DNA of 64,000 nt, taken from Asterias rubens (lineage: Eukaryota). Positions 12,501 through 24,260 of this stretch are shown here, one piece after another. Each line of letters begins with the position of its first letter. The first letter of the stretch is position 1. Position numbers and translations under genes: made by a program. The notes under the pieces are model-generated. The model worked only from the letters and a program-made list of their open reading frames with translations, had not been told where the DNA came from and searched no databases. The stretch spans positions 2,542,001 to 2,606,000 of the forward strand of contig NC_047082.1 in NCBI RefSeq assembly GCF_902459465.1. Direction: 5' to 3'.

Positions 12501-13643
12501 CCTACTACACAATCCACACCTAGCAGAAACAATACCTAGTACACAATGCACACATATCCACGCATAGATCATCTCTTCGGTACATATAAAATATAAAGTA
12601 ATGGCCTGTAGTTAATGGTACCAAATGCTATGTCCGCTACATAAACAGTACAGCAAAGTTGATTGTCAAAAGACCCACACTAAAAGTTTTGAATTTTGAG
12701 GCCCAATTATGTAGCACGGTGCTACGGTGCATTTAGCAGCCGCAGCCAGGAACACCGGGGCGAACCCCTCCTCTTTTCGATAAGTGCACTATGGGGCCGA
12801 TTTCACAAAGAGTTAGGACTCGTCTATCTCGAGTTAGGACGAGTAACTCGAGTAACGAGTAACTGGTCCTAACTTAGGATTAACCTTAAGGTCTGCATGC
12901 TACAGTGCAGGGTTGGGACTCGTCCTAAGTCCTAAGATTAGTCTTAAGTTAGGAAGAGTTTTTTGAAATCGATGGCAGGATTCTTTTACATGCGTTACAC
13001 AACACATGGGACCAATGGCTTTACGTCCCATCCAAAGGACGAAGCAATGGTTAAGTGTCTTGCTTAAGGACAAGTATCACGGCTGATGGGGATTCGAACC
13101 CACACCAGAGTTTGAATTCGGTGCTCTTAATCAAATTACACGTTAACAATTGGTACCTGCTCTTAGTACTTAAAGGTAGTCATTTCGGATGTTAATCCAT
13201 GTGATTTAACTGCATTCAAAACAAGTGTTCACTTATTTTCAAACGACGAATTAAGTTTGGCACTCATTTAAAATTCTGATTCCTTTGGTTTGACTCAATG
13301 TATGCAATAAGCATTAACCACGTGAAAACAAAATCTCTAGAATGACAAACCGATTGCGCAATCATTGCGGGGAAATACTCTGTCTATTTTAATCAAAAAC
13401 ATCTTTCATAAAAAAAGAAACCCTTACCAAAGGTGCAGGTACTTGTCACAAAAGGTAAACTCTTGTACTTTGTACTTATTTATTTCGAAATGTTCCAAGC
13501 ATATCACACGCTCGCACACGCCGAAAAGTAAAAAAATAAAAAAAAAAATCCCTGTTTCTGTACCAGCACGAAACGCTTCGGTAAACTTGTTTTCGCGAGC
13601 TTTGTACCCGAGAGTCAACAAAACAGGGCCTGGTATCTAGAGC

Positions 13644-13657
13644 GTTGCCATGGTAAC
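13644..13657. promoter_or_regulatory. RFX X-box motif
   Basis: GTTGCCATGGTAAC, a 14-nt match to the RFX consensus, in CpG-rich non-repetitive DNA. Function untested. Confidence 0.45.
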
Positions 13658-13791
13658 TGTTCATTCGGTGACAGCTGTGGAGTTGGGAAATCGGTCAAAG
13701 CCCGGCTCAAAGTCGAAGTGGGGAAAACCTGGGTGCTGGTATTCCCTTGCACTCCTTTACGTTTGTTTTATCAAATTCAAAGTTGATTTAA

Positions 13792-14579
13792 AGGCACTGG
13801 ACAATATTGGTAATTACTTCAAACAATAATTGTAAGCGTGCAAACTTGGTAACGAGCAATGGAGAGTTTTTGGTGGTGTATCACAGTGTGAGAAACAGCT
13901 CCCTCTGAAGTAACGTAGTTTTTGAGAAACAGGTAATTTCTCACTCAAATATTAAAAGACTCCAGCTGCAACCTTTTATTTTGCATCTGAAAGCAAACAA
14001 AAGTAATGCAACACGTGTGTTTTTTCTTTCATTTTCCCCGTCGAATCCCACCCAGTAACGGTCCAATATGGATAATTATTGGACAATTCGAAGCGTCGTT
14101 CCCAAAACAATCGCTTCCTCAATTTGTCCATACGAGACAAGGTCGTGTCACAAACAACGGACAATTGTGGTGTTTAATCGTCCACGTTGTATAGAAAGGT
14201 TTTTGAAAACAGGGGTTGGGCGAGTTTCCATGTCTATTGTTTGTTTACTGTGTAAACAAAACTCAAGTAAACAAGGATTGTGTGAGTTGTACACAAAACA
14301 AAAATGATACATTTTGTTTGTGCTTTGTCAAAGAATAATAACCACTTGGTCAATGGATTTTCCATTGAACTCGGCCTCACCTCGTAACACATGGAATACT
14401 AGTCGATTTCGTGTTATGGTTCTATAGTTAAGTGCAAGGACTCTCTCGCAGTGGAGTGCCGTGTAGATGACCAATTGTGACCAATTGCGCCCAAACTTTC
14501 ACAGGTTTGTTATTTTATGCATGGGACAAACCAAGTGAGAATACTGGTCTTTGACATTTACCAAAGGTGTCCAGTGCCT
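13792..14579. mobile_element. MITE family A copy split by a ~440-bp insertion (about 14030-14470)
   Basis: TTAA|AGGCACTGGACAATATTGGTAATT ... GGTGTCCAGTGCCT|TTAA, with unrelated sequence in the middle. Confidence 0.75.
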
Positions 14580-15484
14580 TTAATCATACTATTTTGACAT
14601 CTATACTTTAAATACAAGGTTCAAGTGCTTGCTATCCGAATCATATTGGGGCAGATTTGGTGGTGACTTCTTGGGGAGTACCTGGGTTGTTTTTCTCCCT
14701 CAAATGTTCAAATTTTATACCTGGGGAATTATTATCTTTCACAACGTATGAGTTTTTGTTTGAGCTTCGATTTGTTGACAAGAAATGATCAAGGTGTTTA
14801 TTTGCATTGGGTTGCAAATTAAGTTTGCTTTGCAAATATTTGTTTGTATTTTATTTATTTTGTTCAGGACATTTTTGATAAAGCTGATTCGGTACCTTTA
14901 TGAACCCTTTGCTATCCTTATATCTTCACATTTCATAGGTTGATATATTTTTAACCGACGATACCTTTTTGAACCCATTGCTAATCTAATACTTCATATA
15001 ATGATAATTTTTTAACTGATGAAACCTTATTTCGTATGGGACAAAGAGCAGTACATATATAGAATTCTATTATTATTGATTTATTTTTAATCATGTTTTT
15101 TACGGGATTGATAAGGATAAAAACATCATTGATTAATTTTAGTCGGACTTCGCTTATTAATTATTAAGTTCATACATGAGAACCATTTTTTTCAGCAACG
15201 TTTTTCCCTCTAAAATTAATTAGCGCCTATTTCATAAAACTGCATCTGAAATCGTATATAAACGCAACAGATGAGTTCATTGGTTAGAACATATGCTGGA
15301 AAATTTTCATGGTTTTCTCTTGGCCCACAAAACGGATTTAGCCCAAAATTTCACAGGTTTGTTATTTCACAGAGCATGCCTTGTACAAAACAACAACACT
15401 GTGACTATTTTGATCAGTTCTACCAATCCTGTAAAAAAAGTTTGCAAAAGAAAAATGTTTGCAAACTTACAAATCTTGTTTTAA

Positions 15485-16095
15485 AGGCACTAGACACTAT
15501 TGGTAATTAATCAAAATTATTGTTAGCATAAAAACTTACTTGGTAACGAGCAATGGAGAGCTGTCGATAGTATAAAACCTTGTGATAAACGCCTCCCTCT
15601 GAAGTAACATAGTTTTTGAGAAAGAAGTAATTTCTCAGTAAAATATTTGAACTGATTTCGAGACCTCACGGGTGAGGTCTCAAAACCAAGCATGAAAGCA
15701 CACAACTTCTTGTGACAAGGGTGTTTTTTCCTCCATTATTATCACGCAACATCGACGACCAATTGAGTTCAAATTTTCACTAGTTTCATTGTTATTTTGT
15801 GCTATATGTTGAGATACACCAAGTGAGAAGACAGGGCCCAATTTCATAGAGCTGCTTAAGCAAAAAATGTTGCTTTAGCAAAAAATTCATTGCTTAGTAC
15901 AATCAGATTACCGGCCAAGACTCCACTCAATTGTAATGCTAAGTAAACAACAGCTTTAATACTAGTCATAAGCAATGTATATGGCAGGAAATTTTGGCCA
16001 GTAACATGTGTAAATTAAGCGAGATATTTATGTGCTTAAGCAGCTCTATGAAATTGGCCCCTGGTCTTTGACAATTACCAAATGTATCAGTGTCT
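15485..16095. mobile_element. MITE family A copy carrying a nested family B MITE (15835-16060)
   Basis: TTAA at both ends; family A body interrupted at GAGAAGA-CAG|B|CTG-GTCTTTGAC. Confidence 0.85.
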
Positions 16096-18177
16096 TTAAC
16101 CAATATGTATAAGTGCACAAAAAAGCTGAATGGCAGTCCAATGGAAATCAGTTTTCGAGAAAGACTAATGCTAGGGTCGAAACGTCAGGACATAAATCTG
16201 TTTCTTGTGTAATGTATATTTCGTAAGAATGAATCACACTGCCTTCTACAACACGTTATTTGTCATAGGATGGAGCGGGGAGCCAAAATCCAAATTGTTT
16301 GTTTCTTTAAAGCGACAGACTGGAAGAGTAGTTCCGCTTCTCTATGATTATAAAAACTACCCACGTTCAAACAACAGGAACTACCAAAAAACCACGGCCA
16401 ATCCTGGCCGACAAAATTAGTGCAGTACCCATTTAATTTCATTTACAAAACCAACATGAACTTGTGTTTTCTCTAAATGTGAATGTTTGTTTTCCATCTT
16501 TTTCAAGGGTTATTGAGAAATACAGAAGCATGTAGGTAGAAGAAAGTCACATTCTGATGACTTTTTGATGACTTAGCATAATTAAGGGAATAAAAGGGTA
16601 GCAACGAGCTCTTAAACGGCCGTTTAAAACCGGCAGGGTCGTTGCCGTGTGATAAAGGCCCGATTTCTCTCTTTCGCAATGCTCATGTTGTTTCTTGTTG
16701 TGTAGTGTGTGAGCTTCTTTTAATTACGGGGGTTGAATTCATCTTTTCCGTTTTTATAATAATTTATCTCATGAGTTTATTTGACTGATCATTTGGAGGT
16801 TATACGATAGCGCATCGTCTTTCTAGTTGTTATTACGAAAGTTTTATCCAAGTGCAAATAATTGGAAAAGCTCTTCACCGCACAACAAACAGGAAAGACA
16901 ACCGCCTATTTTTCCAACCTTATCATCATTGAGAGTAGCACAGCCATGATACGCCGTATGTGGTCCCCAGTTTTATTCATCAATTCATGATTCTTTTTTT
17001 AGCTTTAAAAACATCTACGTGGTTTCCTTTTATTTGTTGGCAAAAATCGCGTGTAAGAGAGCATGACACTCTTGAAATAAATATTCATAACCACATCATT
17101 GCAATTTTGTTAAACAACATTTTTATTCTGAAACGGAAATCGAGTCGTGGGAAATACGGGGGAAGGTAAATGCGTCAGGAATGTATTTGAAGAGTGAAGA
17201 TTATGAATCTTTTCCACGAAGATTCAATAGGATGAAACTAAAAGTTGATTTTAATAACTTGCACAATAGAGGAGAATTGTGGAAACATTGGGCAGTATTG
17301 TTTGAGGTTTGGGGTAGGGGTTTGGGTTAGGTATAGGACGTTGCTGCCCAAGTATTGGGATCATGTTGACTCAGTGGTTTATGTCCCTGCATGCCTGCCT
17401 TCCGCCTCTGCAAATCAGGTTCAAATCCCACCTCCGACCAGAGCCTTGTAAGTGGATTGGGTTTTCAGTCCCTACCTGATTGCGTGGGTTTTCCCCCATT
17501 TGGGTTTTCCTCTCACATCTAAAACTGAACGTTTCTGACCTTCTCATTACCCATCCATGCTAAATGAATAGATAAATAAGAAAATAATACCAATGTTCTT
17601 TGCATCACATACATGCCATCGCTGACGTCAAACAATGGAGCGTGTACGCCCCCCCCCCCCCCACAACTCTCAACCAATGGTGGGTCTTCGCTCGGCCCCA
17701 GCGGCCAGTCTATCCACGACCGCTGGGATGGGCTAATCGCTTGCACAGATTCTTGTTTAGGAAGTACGTCATGTATGCAGTGCATAGAAAATGGTGCAGT
17801 GTAAGTGTGATGCATGATGGGACTGCGCAATAATAAACCAATGACAGTGCATGATACGTTTGCCCATCCCAGCGCCTTTGGTAAAGCAAGGCACTGGGGA
17901 CGAGCGAATGGTGGGTCTTCCTTTCTGACCTCAGTGAGGGCGCTGTGGTGGGCTTGTGACGTCATACAAGGGGTCGACAAACAGATAAAATGTTACGTCT
18001 ATAAAACCTAAGCTGAATTTTAACATTTAGCTATATTCAGTTATTACCACAGAAAAGAATATCAATGCTTCACATACATGAGGTTATACAAAGTTCACAC
18101 CAAGTTGAAGCTTTCAATTATTAATTCCATTTTAACATGTTGATCCCGGGAACCTTACACTTTGAAGTTCATATTAA

Positions 18178-18536
18178 AGGGACTAGACACTATTGGTAAT
18201 TACTCAAAATATTTGTTAGCATAAACACTTACTTGGTAACGAGCAATGGAGAGCTGTTAATAAAACATTGTGAAAAACGGCTCCCTCTTAAGTACTTTTA
18301 TGAAAATATAGGGTAATTTCTCATTCAAATATTAAAATACTATTAAAAAGGCCATTAATTGCACATCTGAAAGCACACGTGCGACAAGGGTGTTTTTTTC
18401 CTATCACTATTCTCTTGCAACTTCTGACCAATAATTGAGTCCAAATTTTCACAGATTTTGTTATTTTGTGCATATAGTTGGGAGACACCAAGTGAGAATA
18501 CTGAGGTTTGACAATTATCTAAGGTGCCCAGTGCTT
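18178..18536. mobile_element. MITE family A copy
   Basis: TTAA flanks, degenerate TIRs, family A body. Confidence 0.8.
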
Positions 18537-18961
18537 TTAAAGGTATAGGGTACAGTAGGTGAGCCACATAGTTGGTGAACGAGGTTGCATGAGGGTCACC
18601 CAGGGTACACCTTCTACAACAATGAGATTTTGACAGGAAAAGAATAGCTCTTATCACTGTTATTACACTGGAACATGATTTAAAAACAATTAATTATGTC
18701 ATTGTGGAGTTTTCCCCTGTGAAATCGTGAAAGAGTGCACGTATAGCGAAGGTTTGTAACATTAAAAAACCGCAATATTTCAAAGGTCTTTCCGATATCG
18801 AAGTTTTCGATGTTCCAAATGACTCAGGTGTATATTATCGCTTTGGAATGATTTGCTAAACGGTGATGGTTACCAGCTAAAAATGATAGGTTGGTGGTTA
18901 CTGTGTAGCGGCTGGTTCGCGGTAAATTGCAATTAGTTAAGCTTTGGAAGGATAGGGTTAA

Positions 18962-19343
18962 AGGCAGTGGGAACTATTGGTAATTGTCAAAGACTAGCCT
19001 GCAAAATCGGTGTATCTCAACATATGCATAAAATAACAAACCTGTGAAAATTTGAGCTCAATCGGTCATCGAACTTGCGAGATATGAATGAAAGCAAAAA
19101 CACCCTTGTCACACGAATTAGTTGTGTGCGTTTAGATGGTTGATTTCGAGACCTCAAGTTCTAAATCTGAGGTCTCGGAAATAAAATTCGTGGAAAAATA
19201 CTTCTTTCTCAAAAACTTTGGCACTTCAGAGGGAGCCATTTCTCACAATGTTTTATACCACCAACCTCTCGCCATTACTCGTCACCAAGATATGTTTTAT
19301 GCTAATAATTTTTTTGAGTAATTACCAATAGTGTCCACTGCCT
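18962..19343. mobile_element. MITE family A, full-length (382 bp)
   Basis: TTAA|AGGCAGTGGGAACTATTGGTAATT ... AATTACCAATAGTGTCCACTGCCT|TTAA. A TTAA target with AGG..CCT termini is the Kolobok/T2-MITE signature. Confidence 0.9.
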
Positions 19344-19479
19344 TTAATGCTTTCAAATAAATAGTGATAGACTGTCAATGCATTAAGTTAAATCATCAAT
19401 GTTGCGTAACCCTTCGGTTTTAACAGTCACTTTCAGTTTCTTAAATCACTTTCACAACAATCTGTGTCTTGTTCCCTTT

Positions 19480-19930
19480 GCGTACAACAGTGAACACCAC
19501 AGTTTCCCATCCGATTAAGGGGGACAGACTATTCTGCTCAACTTGCCTCGTTTCGGTTACATTGCTTTGGATGAGATTGATTGAAAAATGAACAAAATGG
19601 CTACCTACGGATTTATACATACACCAAATTGACAATCGTCCAGCCTAACCTTTCTTTTCTTTAGCCATATCTAATCCTCCTTGTTCTTTCCATATCCCGC
19701 CCACTGCTACAGCTTAAACTCAAGGACAGAAAACCCCGGTTCTTAGAAATCGCACACACAAATAAAAAGACCTTGATACCAGTAGCCCCTCGTGATCTTG
19801 ATAAACTTTCAATTGCAATTATTCACCCGTATAACAAGTGCTGCCATAACAATTCAGCCATCTCCGGGGTCAACCAACTTGTTGTCATCTGGCAAGGACC
19901 TCGCTATGTTCCGATACCATAAGGTTATTG
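19480..19930 (-). pseudogene. Possible decayed LINE APE-endonuclease domain
   Basis: Minus translation with stops: WYRNIARSLPDDNKL..KITRGYW..DF*EPGFSVL..GYGKNKED*IWL, resembling N.RSL.NK / .TETW / PGF....R..GK.KGGGV. Heavily degraded. Confidence 0.4.
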
Positions 19931-20783
19931 ACGTGAGGGAAGTGAGTTTATTGTGGTATACTAGTCATTTTCTTATGTCACTACATCTTATGTCATAAAA
20001 ACAAGCACTATAGACCTTTTCGCGAATACCCATTTCGCAAGCGCTTACTGTTGACTGAGGTACATGCTGGTCTAACTAGCGATCAAACTTGATCGCTAGC
20101 TAGACCAGCATGCAATTCATTCCACGCCTAACACGCGCGTACCGAGTATACTAGTTGTACGGACTTTCATCATCCTGCCACCAACCCGGTCAAGTTCCCA
20201 GTGTTCTAATAACAGTAATGAATGCTTAAAATTCATCGTGCAAAGGAACCAGACTCTTTTTCTTATATCAGCCTCGGCTTGGTTTGAGAGAAAATAAAAA
20301 AGTATTTTTCTATTTGAGTGAGAAATTACTTCTTTCTCAAAGGTACGTTAATTCAGAGGGAGCTGTCTCACAATGTTTTATACTATCAACATCTCCCATT
20401 GTTCGTTACCAAGTAAGTTTTTATGCTAACAACTATTTTGAGTAATCACCAATAGTGTCACTGTCCAGGGGTCGATTTCACAAAGAGTTAGGACTAGTCC
20501 TAACTTAGGACCAGTCCTAGGAGATATCAAAAACGTATAGCTAGTCCTAAGTTAGAACGAGTACCTCTTCCTAACTCGAGATAAGACCATTCCTAACTCT
20601 TGTGAAATCCACACCAGTGCCTTTAACTTGCATTTTGGCAGGTAACAGCTGTTTGTTGCTTTCATATTATGGCGCTATCGGAAACTGAAAGTGGAAATGT
20701 GTACATAAAAATATGTCACTGTCGCCTACAAGGTCATGTTAGTGCGAGTAGAATGACGTCATCTTTATGCGTGGTTCAATACA

Positions 20784-20924
20784 GGGGACTTTTTGGACGC
20801 TTGGTGGCAGCAGACTTACCAGGTGAAATAATTTTTTCTCGGTAGTGTACGCATGCTCAGAACTACATAAACAATGGAAACTCACCTAGTAAAGTTGCTG
20901 CCACCTACCGTTCTAAAGTCTCCC
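20784..20924. mobile_element. Small TIR element (GGGAGACTTT..ACGCTAGGTGGCAGCAGACTTACC type)
   Basis: Imperfect ~40-bp TIRs; a solo end is at about 25113-25155. Confidence 0.65.
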
Positions 20925-21894
20925 ATTGGATGGGACTTATGAGTTGGAGGCATGGGCCCACTTACATGAAGCCTGTAAGGACAACAAATCTGCTTAGCAT
21001 GAAATTTCTTCTTTGATAAAATGAGGATTACCAACCAAATTTCCATTCGTTTCACAGTGCTTGTTACTGGTATTCAGCTGTTGCTTTCTTTTTCTGAAAA
21101 TCAAATGGAAACTTGGTTGGTAATTTTGCTTTATCAAGGAAGATATTTCATGCTAAGCAAATTTTTGTGCTGACAGGCTTTTGTGAAATTGGGCCATGAA
21201 CATGTTGAATCTGTCCCCAACGGGTGGGTTTTGTCGTGTTGAAGATCGGCCTGTGTACAAAATGGTATTTTGCTAAGCAGAGATTATTAAGCAACATTTT
21301 TTGCTTAAGCAGCTCTCTATGAAACTCGGCCCAGAAACCACGGAGGAAGGAGAACTGCCAAACTAGAAATCTAAGGATTGCTACGGTTGCACAGGTGCGC
21401 ATGGCCTGTGGGATATAGGCTGGCATCATGCCAAGCCAGCGGCAAGGCATTTTACCTTATTCAAAATTGCGTACAACCAAAAATGAAAATGTAATGTTTT
21501 CTTAACTCATGACCCTGAAAAAATAACCGTTAAGCATTTTCTGTTTTCAACGTGACCCATTCAAATAGTATGTCAGTATAATAAGGGTAAACTAAGTTTG
21601 ACATATTACTTTTGATTTCCTATCCTCATAGGTGATTCGCTTATATCATTGGGTCTTTGTGGTTGAAACGTTGACATACTACTCAAATGAGATTTACACA
21701 TGGTGCTACCGCAAACCTCACCTGATTATAGACCTATTCCCACCGTTCAAAGTTTCAATTAGCTAGTAGGTACGACACTGCGCAAAGGTCGTGGGTTCGA
21801 ATCCCACCAGAGTATTATGCGTGTGATTTTGTTTTCCAGAACTCGGAAAGAACCGAGTATGAAGTGCTAACACTCATCAGTGTATATTGGTTAA

Positions 21895-22272
21895 AGGCAG
21901 TGGACACTATTGGTAATTGTTAAAGACTAGCCTTCACAGTTGGTGCATCTCATAATATGCATAAAATAACAAACCTGTGAAAATTTGAGCTAAATCGGTC
22001 ATCGAAGTTGCGAGATAGTAATGAAAGGAAAAACACCCCTGTCACGCGAAGTTGTGTGCGTTTAGATGGTTGATTTCGAGACCTCAAGTTCTAAACCTGA
22101 GGTCTCGAAATCAAATTCGTGGAAAATTACTTCTTTCTCGAAAACTACTGCACTTCAGAGGGAGCCGTTTCTCACTATGTTTTATACCATCAACCTCTCC
22201 CCATTACTCGTCACCAAGGAAGGTTTTATGCCAAAAAGTTATTTGAGTAATTACCAATAGTGTCCACTGCCT
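21895..22272. mobile_element. MITE family A, full-length (378 bp), inserted into a SINE
   Basis: 24-bp TIRs and TTAA duplication; SINE F sequence resumes on both sides. Confidence 0.9.
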
Positions 22273-23221
22273 TTAAACCAAAAAGAATATTCTTTATCCC
22301 CGATGCAAATTTAACATTATTAAAGAATTAGCTGTTGCACACTGCTAACTAACCAATGAGGACCTGTGGTATTATAAAAAAAATTACAACTGAATGGATA
22401 AGTGCTCCGGAAACTAATAAATTAATATTTTCCAATGAAGGAATTTTATTATTGTTAAACCTTCCATATAGTTCGATTTTGTCATCACACGTGTTTGGCA
22501 GCGGGTCGCTCCGCAGAATTCGCCAGGGGCGTGTTTATTTGTAGAGGCCGCCTCTGTATGTCACTCAAAGCTCGTGCGAGACAGCACAAAAGATACATTT
22601 GGAGCAAGGAAATGGTGATTTATCAATAATGATATTCTAAATAATCCATTTGATCCCGTGGACCTCCCTATTGTCACTCTTTTGTTTATACTCTGCTCAA
22701 ATTGGTTTTGTACACGTTTTCAAACTGTGGACCTTTCCTGAACCGTGGATATCTACCCGCTCTCGCGCATTGAATATTAAGTAAATACAGTTTTTTTTGC
22801 TGAACAACTTCACCTGCTCATTACTGAAAACGCCCGGGCAGGGCCAGTCTTAAACACCATCCCACAACAACTCCTAGAACGAACAGGTAACCTTGAAGAG
22901 TTGGGTTCAATGGTTCAATGTAGTCCATTTATGTTGTTACGCTAGTGCGCATCCTGTACTTCTCCAGGCGTGGTGCCCATTGGTAATGCAGGTTGTCAGT
23001 AACTGTTAGTAAGAAAGAACCCTGACTATATTGCATCCCAGACTCGATTTGGTTAGGTTGAATTCAATGGTCGGAAATATGGTTTCCAAAACTGAAAGAG
23101 GATACGCTGACTTTCGGTTGGCAGACTGAGGGTGTAGCATTAATGCAGCATTTAGTAACACCATGGGAATATCTCTTTGTGAGAAGTGGTGGTTCCGAAA
23201 AGAACCAGTAGTTTTAACCAA

Positions 23222-23262
23222 TTCAACGTTTCGATCAGTATGCTGTGATTGTCTTCAGGAGA
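23222..23262 (-). ncRNA. Minimal hammerhead-ribozyme-like motif (Penelope-type)
   Basis: Minus strand TCTC-CTGAAGA-CAATCACAGCATACTGATC-GAAAC-GTT-GAAT has the intact CUGANGA / GAAA core. Stems I and II carry mismatches. Confidence 0.5.
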
Positions 23263-23879
23263 AAGGAGATATTCACATGTTTCCGCAAAACTCTCTTTAG
23301 TTATATACCATATAGAATGGAGCTAGAGCAAGGACTCGACTTCCACAATGCAAAGTTTCAAATCCTTTCATCCCTAAAGTGGTTATAATAGAATCTTAAC
23401 CAACTTAACATTCCAATGTGCAACCATAATTCATTTTCTGAGGATGGACAGTAATGTCTTGACTAGACCCTTATATGGGTGTATTCGAAGCAGGCTCCTT
23501 AAACCATAGCTCTTCCACCACGTGGTGCCTGTCCATATGGCTTGCCTACCTGATGTCAGTCAAGCGGACAGGTAGAAAGAGAAACCAACAGCGATGTACA
23601 CTTTGTCAACAGGTGTGAATGCAACACGTTAATCACAGTGAGTCACGAGTAGGGCCCAGGTAGTCACGAGACACTCCCTACTCAAGGTCCTTTGGGTTCT
23701 ACCCCCCCCCCCACCCCGCCTCCCCCAGAAACACAAATTGACGAAAGTGAAAGCTCTTGTTTGTATGAAGCGTTTTGGGGTTTGGTTTGACAGGGAGATG
23801 ATTCAGCCTTTGATATAAATGAGTTGGAAGTGTGAATTTGAAACGGTGTCAGAAATTATTATTTTTGATCGTTAACGAT

Positions 23880-24260
23880 CGGTTTATGGATTTCAGATGA
23901 TAGGGTGTGCGGGTTGAAATATTTTCATAAAGATGATGATATAATGGGGATTGGATTTTGAAAGTGGTGAACGCGGTGCAAGTGTGATGGTTTCGAATTG
24001 TTTGTTATAAAGGGTGGAAATGTTTTTGAAAATGGTGAATTTGTGGTGAAAATTATAGAACTATTTGTGAAAATGATGGACGTGGTGGTAGATTGTAATC
24101 GTTTATGAAAATGGTGGAATAGTTTGTCATTTGTAAAAATGATTGAATTTTTTGTGAAATTGTGGATTTTTTGTGAACACGTTTGAAATGAAAATTATGA
24201 AAATTGTTTGTAAAAATGAGGGAATTGTTTGTGAAAATGGTGGACTTTTTGTGAAAATGC
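23880..24260. repeat. Degenerate TTGTGAAAATG(A/G)TGGA tandem repeat
   Basis: Many diverged copies of GTGAAAATG. Confidence 0.65.
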
